A stretch of DNA of 64,000 bases from Balanoglossus misakiensis (taxonomy: Eukaryota; Animalia; Hemichordata): NCBI GenBank assembly GCA_040954595.2, contig CM082579.2, forward strand, positions 12,029,834 through 12,093,833, read 5' to 3'. Made by a program: the position numbers and the translations under genes. The notes under the pieces were generated by a model. That model did no database searches. It saw only the letters and a program-made list of their open reading frames with translations, and was not told the origin of the DNA. Positions 24,052-35,888 of this stretch are shown here, one piece after another; position 1 is the stretch's first letter; each line of letters begins with the position of its first letter.

Positions 24052-27000
24052 ATGGCTGATGCCGAAGCTAACTACTTCGACTCGCTGAGGCAAGCAGATT
24101 TCTCTGACACAAATGGAGTCAAGACATGTTTCGACCACTTCGACAAAGACAGGTAAATGTCTGATGTGTAACATCCTGTTTTTTATGACACGCTGCGTTT
24201 CGGTATAACCATGGCAACGGGGATCTGAACGCTACCGGTTCAGTGCTTCACTGCTTGGCGTGCGGTGCATTGACATTGTACATGTCAGCCGATTTGAAAT
24301 GTAGTGATAGAGTACATTAGCTTAAATGTAAATACAGTCTGACTTTGGGTTGGGATACGCAGAGTACCAAAATCCGCGCAGGGCTGTGCCAAAATTTCAG
24401 AAACTAAACAGATACAGTAACAAGCACTTTGGAAACAGAAAAGTACGTTTGTTGATAAAATTACGTAATCGCCCAGGTAATGACATTGTATGCAGAATTC
24501 ACAGTTTTACATGGTCTAGGTACATGTACATGTTCCACGGTCCTTAGTACTTTGTGTCTCATAAACTGCCTTTCAACCTGTAAACCCTTTTGTTGACTGT
24601 GGCGAAAGCATAATTCAGAGTATGAGACAAATAACTATGTGATAGTTACATGTAAAATTAATGAATAAAACACTAAGTATGATATTGGCAGAAAAGGAGG
24701 TGCTTTATTATTTCTGTAAATTTCTAAATGGACAGAGACATTTTCTCATGCCATGCAGGAGTATCTCCATTTACATATGGTGTTATTGTACTTTAGTTGA
24801 CCATCAAAATGTGTAAATACTAAGTGACACCATTATGGTACTTTCAAAGAGGTTTGATTTCCTTACAGTTGAAAATACAGCCACAGCTGAAATTTCACTC
24901 AATCTGCACTGCCAGGAGAACCAAAGTTTTGAATGAGTTTTTCTTAGCAGAGTAGACACATTCATTGGAATGAATGGACCATTTACCAAAGTATGTGTGT
25001 GAAAAAGAACCGAAATTTCACGGTTGAGTTGAGAAATAGCAGACTCTTTATGATCATTTCTATCATTCAGCAAAGAATATTTCCACTTATGACAGATTAG
25101 TGGGGTGAGTCTAGATGTTCAGAAAAGAGCATTCAGGTGGGGATTCTAACTGTGTTATGTTGGAATCGGCCAGCAACAAAGATGAACAATGCAACGTCTT
25201 CTGAAATCAGTAATGATGCTAGAGCAAGTATGTGATTTCCATGCTAATCAGAACTGTTCTAGCGGTAAAATATTGAGCTGTGCCCAGAGATTCATTAAAC
25301 TACAATGTATTGCAGCCCCAACATGCCAAATATAATTTTAGTATTTTGAAATCTAAACTTCCATTTTTCAAGAAAATATACAGTATTTATGAGATTTTAT
25401 TTCCCCTAAAACAAACCTAAAATTTGGTAGACGCAACTGTAAAGTAATTTGACAGACAAAACTTTAATTTTGATGGACTAAACATTCTGATTTCGACAGT
25501 AAAACTTTAATTTTAGTTTGCACAACCTCGTATTTCAGAGAACAAAACTTCAAGACGTAGCTCACATCAGTAAGGGTAGTGTACGGCATATGAAAATCTA
25601 TGCATCAATGTGTGGCCAGGTTTTTCAATACCTGTGATCTAGATGGAAAGTGTAATTTTGTAACGCATTTTTTCATGCCATTTCAGAGATGGTCTTCTAG
25701 ATGTCAATGAGTTTAGCACGTTGTGTAAGAAGTTATTCGTCCATAACAAGGGCAGTGATTACCAGTTGACTCGCCAACAAGTTGAAGAATTGATGGAACT
25801 CCTAGATTATGATAAGGTGAGTTCTGATTGGTAGAAATTCACTGATCAACATACCGGTACAACTGGCATGGAGGTCCTTCGAACTGATGGAACAACCAAT
25901 ATGTTATCAGTATACATGTATAATAGTGGCAGGTTGGTAGTTTTGATGTTAAAGGTATAAGGTCACTTATGCAAATTTAGCTACAGTAACCATGGTAAAT
26001 TGAGATCTAGCCAAGCACAGATTTTCAGTGGGTGGCACACACAAAAAAAGAGCACCACTATATCTGTTCTTTAGAACACTCAAATACACCATGTAAAATG
26101 AATAATCAGTGAAAGTGAATGAACGTTCAACCACACACAACTTCCATCCCACTTGTAGACATGAGAGTGAAAAACTCGCCAAAATAAATAATCAGTCTCT
26201 ACCATTTATTCATTTTTGGCGAGTTTTTACTCTCATATCATTCAAGCAGGATGGAAGTTGTGTGATTGAACTTTGATTCACTATATATCCACATGTAGAA
26301 TAACATAAACGGTGAATGGAAAACGGCAGCGAGAGAGAAACTTTGTCCCTTTAAACAGAGAGGCACAAAATGGCATATTTGAAGTCTCCAGAGGGAAACA
26401 GTTTTGCATTATCACAGCAGCTACATTATTTTCCCCAGTGTTGATATTTGGCCACAATGAAACGGGATGTCTATGGTACGTTTGTTTCTCCCGTGTCTAA
26501 GTCTTTCCAAGGCTAAAATCACAGAGAGTGAGGCGAACGATTTTCTGTTTTTTTTTAACACATACATGTATACTACTATGCAAATGTAAAAAGCTGTATT
26601 TTAGAACATCTCGGCTCCTACAAATTTGTACTGTTTTTCCGTACTGTTTTTGGCAAAATCCAGGGGGGGGGGGGTCACTTAAATTTTGAAGTCCAAAAGG
26701 GGGGGGGGGGGGTCATCTGTTTTTTTTAAACGTTTAGGGGGGGGGGGGGTCACATACTTTTGCCACCGAACTTTTACTTTTGAGTCTACAAAATTGCAGT
26801 TTCGCGCCCTTTATTTTACAAAATTTTCTAACACCCACCCCCTACATTCTCCGCCATATTTCATTTATTGCTGGTTTGACTAGTGTACCAAGGCAGAGTG
26901 CTTGCCACCCCAACCCCACTGATGATATTATTTAACAAAGTAAATACATAAAGGAGAATAATCGTTTAAACCATTTCCCAAAACTTATACTTTCGCGCGG

Positions 27001-30000
27001 CATCTTCTATATACTAGAAGTTTTATAAATGATGTCATGACGAAGATGACGTCAAATCTTCTAACTTTGAGTGGAGTGGCAAAAAGTAAAATTGGTCCTC
27101 CCAAACATTGAGATAATTTGCTTTTGAGTTCATAAAATTGCAGTTTCGCGCCCTTTATTTTACACCCCCTCCCACACCCACCCCCTCCATTCTTCGCCAC
27201 ATAACATTTATTTGCTGGTTTGTCTAGTGCACCAGGCCGGGCAGACTTCTTGCCACCCAACCCCCGATGCTTACTTTGAGTGGAGTGCCAAAATTAAAAT
27301 TTGTCCGGCCTAACATTGAGTTAATTTGCTTTTGAGTTCATTAAATTGCAACTTTGAGCACTGTATTTTACAAAATTTTCTTATGTGGGAGGGGGACACC
27401 CCCTCCCACGCCACTTTTCTTGTTTTACCGATTCTAGCAACTATTGTATTGACTTGTCATTTTCTTTTTGATCATAGATTTCTTTATTGCATGTGAGGCT
27501 ACACACTTAGGGGTTACGCGATGTCATTTATCCCTGGCTTAGTAGCCTATCCCAGTCTAGTTGTCCCACCTCAAGTTGAGATATAAATGCCTGCCTTGGG
27601 CCCACCCTACACAAAGCAAGCCCAGCAATCCCATAGAATGGTCAAAGTAAGGCTGAGCCCCCTGGTGCAAACAGCAAGCCAATGACAATGTGCAAAAGAT
27701 TCAGTCTGTAGTGAAATGTGTCTTGAATATCTAACCTGCAGAACATTTTAGTGTCTGGTCAAAGGTCAGACTCTAACAATACAATGTTAAGACCTGAAAT
27801 TTACTATTCTCACCTACATGTAGCCTGTGCAGATCCGAAATGTCTGACTTGCAAACCTTTCACTGTGTCCTCTTATCTGTGGTTAAAATGCTCATTAATT
27901 GGAAATGCCAAAATTTATTTAACGTAACTGTTCCAGCGGTATAAAAATACTGTTGCAAGTTTCAGATAGAATATGTCAGGTTGATTGATGTCATATTCCC
28001 AGGCTGGCTATTTTCAATTTTGATAACAATGACATATTATGGGTGGGTGAGGGACACAATGAGGTCATTCAATCCATTGTTTCTAATCAGAGTGACAGAA
28101 TTATAATTAGACTGAGCGCTTTATGTGTGTACATTTTATCTTTTTTTTTTTTAAATGAAAGTTTTTCACCAAATATGATAACATAGTGATACATGTATAA
28201 TTTACTTCATTGTTCTTTGTCGTTTTAGGATGGCAAGATAAATTTGACAGAATTCAAGATCTGTTGGAAGTACTGGTTAAGACAGGTAAGTTGAAATGAT
28301 TTATGTGTTCGCATAACAGCAGAGATTGTTTATTTGGCAGGTTGCAATGTTTGTGTTAAGAAATACTTTGGTCATGTATACTTTGTCTCTGACAGGGTAC
28401 TTGTGAGAGGTAAATTATAGAATACAAACCAATCTGTTTATTTGTTGTACTCTGAACACATCAAAATTAATTTGTATATGTCATTGCTCTTCACAGTGGT
28501 CCCAGTCAGATGAAGGGTGGAACAGTTTACAACTGATTTTATTACCTGTTATGACATGGAAAATATTTTTTACAGTTGCTTTAAATTTCATTGACCAATA
28601 ACACTCAAAGACTAATTTTTGGAGAAAAGATTTTGTATTTAAAAACCCGCTGCTAGTACATGTGAAAACATTTAATGAACAGTAAATCTAATGTACAATT
28701 TTATGCAATTGTCAGATGAAAACAAATAATTGGTATTTATGGAGATATGTCCTCAATTTCAAAACCACATTGATTCCACGTTCACAGCTAATTGACTTTT
28801 GCAGTGAACAGATTCAAAATAAAGTTCACATTACTTTCTATTAAACATGAAGATAAATATTAAGCAATCACTGACTCTATGCTTACATGTATCATTAGTT
28901 AGGCTGCATGTTTGCAATAACATGTATGTGATTCTTACTGTCAGATCACCAATCCGGGATAATGATGTTTTCATATGATTCCATAAATGATTTATTGGGA
29001 ATGTTGATGTAAAACAGGAATAACATCTAATCTGGTGATCAGTCAGTATTCTCTTTGTATACAATCAACACCAACTGATGTGCTGTTAAAGGGGGAGTTC
29101 ACCAAGGGTGATCTTTGCATATTTGTCTTCTAGGAATTCGTGTAACCAATAGAAGTCTTTTTTTACTAACCACAAGTCACCAATTTTCACCAAATTCAAA
29201 GAAAAAACTTACCATAATACAAACCTTTCAAACAATTTTCCTTGCAGACTAAATTTGTTCATTTTCTGTGCCATGGTGTCCAAAATTTGATTTCATAGAA
29301 ACTTATCACATGTAGCTAGATAAAAAAGGTTGCTTACAAAGAAAGATACATGTACATAATTTCACAAGGTTTATGATCATTGACCTCTGGTCAAAATGTC
29401 AGATACAAATATGTGATATGTTATTTCTTTGCATGAAACTATACATGTTGCTTGAAAAAAGTCTAGTTTGGATTCGTATTTCATTATCTACATGTATAGT
29501 TCCTACAGATAAAATTACAAGAAAATGTCATAAAAAATATCTGAATTATGATGCCATTTTGCATGTATTGCTATACTTAAATAATAACACATGATAGCGA
29601 GGGCAATATCACGATTTGAAGCCTGCACGAGGGATGGTGATCTCTGACTAAAATATTGATGATGCCCGAGCCGCAGGCGAGGGTATCATCAATATTGTGG
29701 TCAGAGATCACCAGCCCGAGAGCAGGCTTCAAATCGTGATGTTGCCCGAGCATCATGTGTTATTAATTTTATTACGCCGAACATTTGAACGTACATACAA
29801 GGCAGGCATAGAAGAACGTAGACGCGCGTCCATATGTCGTACGTTGCTGAGAATGTAAAATGTCTCGATCTCCCAAGATTTATACGATACCTACTTCGAA
29901 CTTAGATTATTTTGAAAATACTGCACTGTTGGTTGCGATTTTGTTGTATTTACTGTCCGTTTGTGGTAAAATATCGTCCAGTTGAACAGGTGTTAATCCT

Positions 30001-33000
30001 GTTTGTCGCTTTGAAGCCATAGATGCGGGAGTTGACTGATCGTGGAGGAAGCCATTGAACGACAGTTTGGAACGCGCAGAAGTCGCGCGCAGAACATCAA
30101 AACAACCCAGCGGGCAATATCAGCGCACGCGACAGGGCTTTATCAACTCTAGCCATGTTATATCACTTTTTTTTCTATATCACGTGAGCGCGTCTCAGCC
30201 AATCACGAATATGGTATAATACGTGAGGTGTAATAAATATTAATTGCCAATGGAAATGCACCATTGAAATTATTAGGGTTAGGTTAAAGTTTGACAGTGT
30301 TATTTCTTGAGTAAGTTTAAGTCTGAATGTAAAGTTAACTTGTTCTGTTTTTAATAATTTTTTGACTGCAGGTCTTATCGCCGGTCACTGCTCTCATAAT
30401 TGTGGATGTTCAGAATGATTTCATTGATGGGTCATTAGCATTAAAAGAATGTGCAGCTGGCCAAGACGGTGCTGATGTCATCCCAGTCATCAATCGCTTA
30501 TTGGAAGAAGCACACTTTGATGTTGTCGTGTACACCAAAGATTGGCATCCAGCGGACCACATCTCTTTCTTTGAAAATGTCAAACTCAGGCAGATACATC
30601 CATCATCACCGGTAAGATTTTTGTAGTGGGGCCTGTATCACCACTTTACATGTGGTAGTGGTTCAAGACAATCTTGTTGAAATTGTCATTTTAAGGTCCC
30701 ATTTGGTCATGTATATGTACACCGTGGAACCTTATGGAATTGGTTGCGTCTGTACATACATATGTATATGTATGTATGTATGTACAGTCGAACGCCGATT
30801 ATCCGAACACCGATTATCCGGATTTCGGATTATCCGAACGCTTTGGTATAGTCCCTAAACATTAAATTAGCCATGCCAAGCACCTGTTTTCTCGGCGGTC
30901 TGTGACATTTCCGCAGGTAAACTGACAATTCGTACGGTTTTCTTTGGTCAGTTCTAATTGTTTCTGTTGTAAAGGGCGGTGGGACGTGTTAAGAACGTCT
31001 TTATCATTGAATATTTCAATCACTTGGACCCTGTAATTAGCTTACCTTGAAAGATATTGATTATTGGACCTGATTTGATGTCTTACTGTCAGTCATTCAG
31101 TTCCGAGACTGAAATTAGAGTCAAATGCATGCAAAGCTATCCGACCACCCGGGGCAAATATTATGTCCACGGATAAAACTGCCAATGCTTCTGACCATTA
31201 GTTTCATTCATTATGCATGACTTCTCCCAATAAACAACCGTAAAATCTTACATATTAATCTGAATCCCAGTCCTGGTTGTGCAGAGGTTTAAACCCTCAT
31301 GTCACAGGCCTCCAGAAACTTTTCACTTGGCATAGGGAAAGTGACTTTACAATCTCACTGGTCTTTAAGAAAAAAACTGCACATTTTTTCATATCCATAT
31401 CATGATATGTGTGCACAGGCTAAGTTTGCAACCTTGTAGATAAAGATCGTAAGGTCACCCATTGTATTTGGCAGACAGCACAAGTAGATCAGTCCTGGTG
31501 TAAAAGACAAACTCGTACGTTTAGTACAGGGTAAAGGTCACTTGCTTGTCGGACAAATGACTTATTTTTCACTTGCCCAGGCTAAAAATACACTTGCCAC
31601 ATGTGTCAGGGGACAGGAATTATTGAGGCCTGTCAGGTGATAAATGCAACAAACAGTCATACTGTGAAACACATTATTTTCGTGAGCAATACATTTTAGT
31701 GAAATACGCGAGAGCCAAAATAGCGTGAAAATATAAAGTCGCGTAAATTTTTGTTTAAGTTAACGATGCAGTGAATGAAATAAGAGAACGCGAAAATTAA
31801 TACTCGCGAAACAGTGGCCTCTCTCGACATCCGCTTTTTAAAAGCATTTATGGATGTGATGGAACCCCATCCAGTTAATTCCATTGAAAAAATGAGGATG
31901 TATTCTAGACAAATAAAAATCATGCGAATAATTGCATTTTGCAGGTTAGTGCAGAAGATGCCAAGTTGTTAGATACAGTGCACTTTGTAGGACCTGATCA
32001 AACAGTACCAGTAATGGAACAGATATTATGGCCAACACATTGTGTACAGGGTACAACGGGTGCAGAACTGCATGAAAAATTGAAGGTAAGTCCTATCATT
32101 AAAGGGTGTGATGGATGCCTATCATTGAAACAATGATGTGGTGACAGTCTTTGTCAGTCACTTAACATACATGTACATATCATACATGGTCAACATCTTG
32201 ACGTGGTTACGTCATCTTGATAAACTTGGTCTTTGGGGTCAGAGGTAGCGCAGGTAGGAAATATTAAATTATGCAGTTAAGTACATGATCTCTGAGTCTG
32301 AATAGGAGAAAATTAAAGTGCAGATTTGCACTGGTTTCTATCATTGGCTGTGTTCCAAACGCGCACTCTTGCTCATCCAAAATATTACTTTGCCATCATT
32401 TTCTGTGGATTTTTGACTCTTGACTCCAATTTAAGTCAATTTTTGATTGGAAAGCATGTTTCCCTACAGATTCCGCACCATTTTTGAGGTACATGTATCG
32501 TGATAAAAACCTTCAAAGTTTCACAAAACGACACAGTTTATATTTGCCTTTGCAAAAATCATTTGGTTTTGGACAGATAATAACGTAATCCATTCTTGGG
32601 GCTCTGAACAGGTATCTGTTCAATTCTGAAACTTTGGAAAATTCGTGGCGGAATTGTAATAGGAGCTGAGACATTTTAAGGAATATCGCGCCTCGATCAT
32701 TTTAGTTGTTTACGCAGAGTTCTGTGCAGAGTTTAAAAAGTTAAATTTTATTTCCAGTGTTTTTCAAACAAAGATGTAGAGTAGTGCTGTGAGGTTATTT
32801 TAATACATACGATGTATTTATTAAATTTGGGACTGAAATTTACACGCGTTTGCATTACTTTTGGTTGCTATAGCAACTGAACTCTTATGCAGCCTATCCT
32901 GGGCTGTTGAAGACGCCCGAAATCCATGTTTAACTTTCTGTGTCTCAACAATTTGCGTGGTGACCCCCTATTTTTTTGCCTTTAATTGATTTGATATATT

Positions 33001-35888
33001 TCAAACGAGGTACCTACCAAGTTTTAAAAAAAGTTTAAATCTAGAAGTGGTAATTTTTTTTATATAAATGTGGATTTTTAGGCAATTATGTGTTTAATTT
33101 AACGGTTGTATTGATATGTGATTATCATACTGAACAAGATAAAATCTCAAAATTGCTAAAAATAAAATATTCAGTAAGTTAAGATTCTATAATGGTGAAA
33201 AAATATGACGACCCTTCCAAAATACTTATTGTTGAGGCCATTTTACAAAGATCTACGAACACTGGCAAAATCTGAAAGATGGTTGACCCCCCATTTTTAT
33301 TCCATAGATTAAATGTTTAAAAGTCATAGTATCATCAGTATTAATTTCAACGTGATCAGACAACCTTTTATTTTGAGGTGCGTAACACCTTAAATTAGAG
33401 ATGTGAACATTTGCATGTGTGTGACACCATTCACCAGTGGCGCGAACAACATGCTTTCTAAATTGTATGATTTCCAGTGCAAATTTTTGTGTGTGAAAGT
33501 TTTGCACTTTGACCAGTTGTAAATATTGTCCTTTATAGCAACCATTGCTTAGCACACGGTCAGTCCACACAGAGACCATGCTTAGCATTTACATATATTA
33601 ATGTTAGTCATAATTTTACGTAAATCCTCACTGGCTTTGTACAGAGAGAATCATTTGTACATGTGTGTATAAATGTTAATGTGAGTGCTCAACTTAAAAC
33701 TACAGGTAGCCTTTGAAATCATGCTGATATAATCACAGGATTTATAATTGGACTAACTGCTGTGCTGAAAAACAACCAACAAACTCAAGGTTTCCTTGAC
33801 AACGGTGATCAACATCATTAGCAGGATGAGATTCTTGAGGGTTTGCTCGTACTTTGTGGTGGTCACCGTGCCGCCACGCAGTCAAACCATAGAAACTATA
33901 GTCACATGTACTGTCTCACAATATTCTGACATTTACAGTGGAAGTTATCACAGAGAGCCTGTTGAACACCAGTCAAGCTTTACTGGAATTTGATGCAATT
34001 ATCAGTGATTGTAAACCACACGAGAGCAGATGGTTATATTTTGTCCACAGTGGGACGTGAAGACATTAGATACTGTGTACATGTAACTACAATGTTGGTT
34101 CATGACTGCTGATAATCCTCATTTTGTAGCAAATGACTGCATTGCCTGTGTTACTTTCTTTCAGTTGCATTCTACACCTTACAGAACACCTGTTTTCAGG
34201 TGGGAAGACCTTGATGTATGAAATCAGTCCAAAGTAAATTTCTGTGGTGAAAATATCACAGTCTTTTTTACAAAACAAGCCACCTAGCAGCTGCAGTTAC
34301 TGCTCCACTGTGATACTTTGCATTGTAAACAAGACAACTGCTTCAGAATTAATGTTGCACTTCTCTTGAGACTTGGAAAACTTGACAGCTGAGGTTAAAA
34401 GGCAAATTTGCGATTCCATAAAAATATGGTTAATGCAAAATTTGTCGCAATATATATTGAGAAATATGACTTAGATAACCCCACACATGTAACTATTATC
34501 TTGGTTGGCGTAATTCTTTTTGTGTGGGCTGATTCTCACAGAGCCAAGACTGTTTGTGTGTCAGTCAAACAGCATTATGAATGGCCACTGAGTTGAGCGG
34601 CCCTATGTATACCCCACACGGTAGTTTAAGTTAACTTACTAGACTCGGGATAGTGGGCCAGCGTGAATGTCAAACCCTGAAACTGATCAGTTTCCACTTG
34701 TTTTTTACAGAAAGTAAATGATGCCATAGTTATCCATAAAGGAACCAATCCTGATTTAGATAGTTACTCAGCATTCTGGGACAACATGAAATTGTCGCAG
34801 ACCTCTCTTGTCAGTGAACTCCAAGCTCGCAGAGTAACCGACATATATGTTTGCGGATTAGCAGCTGACATCTGTGTTGGGTTCACTTCATTAGATGGAA
34901 ACAGTCATGGATACCGTACAGTTGTCGTAGAAGACGCAACGAGGGGCGTGGACACAGATGGAATGAAAAAGATGAGAGACAGACTTAAAGAAGTTGGCTG
35001 TGTTCTGGTCAATTCTTCAAAAGTAAGTTTATGGTTAAAATATCAACATTAATTTTTTTCTCTTTTTACTCCTATTTGATATATGTATATGTACATGTAC
35101 ACAACTGGAGCTGGTCTTCTGTATGTCAATAATGCATTTCGGGGATGATTTTTGTTATTTGCAGTTTGGTTTATGGTTTGTTATAATATGCCAACAAAAT
35201 GGTTAAAATGTTATTATTGGGAGAAATGTTTAGGTCAAAAAACTTTGAGTGACAAACAAGTGATAACTGAAAAACAAACAGTTAAAGAGAAAAATGTAAA
35301 TGACGTTTTTATTCTTAAAAGCTGATGTACATGTTGATTAAAGGGACATTAGCTGTATCTTTTGGCTTTATTTTTCAGTAATTTGGTTCTTTGTACCATA
35401 TGCAACTTCTTGTTCTACTCCAAACAGTATTTTTATATACCCAGTACTCTGTGAACATAGCCTTTGTGTGTGTAATGACCATTGTTATTGTTGACAGATG
35501 AATTCTGGTCCGGATTTGAAATTCAAATTTTGCACAATAACAATGTTGACTGTACGCATACAGAATGTATTGATTTATTGAATGCTGGGCAGTTCATCAT
35601 GTTGCAGGAATTTGAACAAGAAACTGCAGTAGATAAACAAAACAAAAATACTGGAAACAGAGCAAAAAGTTACAGCTAATGGAGATTTAAAACTTTGAGG
35701 TGAAAATACAAATCTGCCCAAAATTTTATGCTCAGAAAAAAAAGTTTTTGATTTTTTTTATATATATATTTCAGGTGCCTGATATGTTGAACTGTAAGGA
35801 CAGACGACCAGATTTGGGTTATCAGGCGGCCATCAATGTTGCCACGGCAATGAAAATACATCAGAGTAGAGTAAATGTTCCACCATAG
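24052..35888 (+). CDS. Naam: Nicotinamidase (isochorismatase/PncA family) with two N-terminal EF-hands, 364 aa
   Basis: Exons 24052-24152, 25687-25816, 28229-28285, 30372-30611, 31945-32085, 34711-35022, 35775-35888, all GT-AG and in phase. EF loops DKDRDGLLDVNE and DYDKDGKINLTE. PncA motifs IVDVQNDF (catalytic Asp), KDWHP..HISF and WPTHCVQG (metal ligands), KG..DSYSAF (catalytic Lys) and GLAADICV (catalytic Cys). Confidence 0.93.
26650..27490 (-). mobile_element. Harbinger-like G/C-tract element, reversed partial copy in a nicotinamidase intron
   Basis: Reverse-complement match to ~61330-62180 and ~19310-19900. Confidence 0.75.
29582..30237 (+). mobile_element. Hairpin-bearing non-autonomous element (possibly Crypton-like)
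   Basis: 184-bp imperfect palindrome at 29582-29765, followed by a segment bounded by TTTATTACGCC / GGTGTAATAAA with CCAATCA near its end. Fragment of the left arm at ~10483-10570. Confidence 0.7.
32677..33392. mobile_element. TTAA-flanked element family C (Kolobok-like)
   Basis: TTAAGG..CGCGCCTCGA / TGAGGTGCG..CCTTAA ends. The interior is shared with ~23230-23716. Confidence 0.6.
35338..35690. mobile_element. TTAA-flanked MITE family D
   Basis: TTAAAGGGACATTAGCTGTA...TACAGCTAATGGAGATTTAA. Related sequence starts at ~55233. Confidence 0.6.

Noticed and set aside
33790-34400. Possible decayed transposase or retroelement coding remnant in a nicotinamidase intron
   Set aside because: No recognisable motif in any frame by eye.
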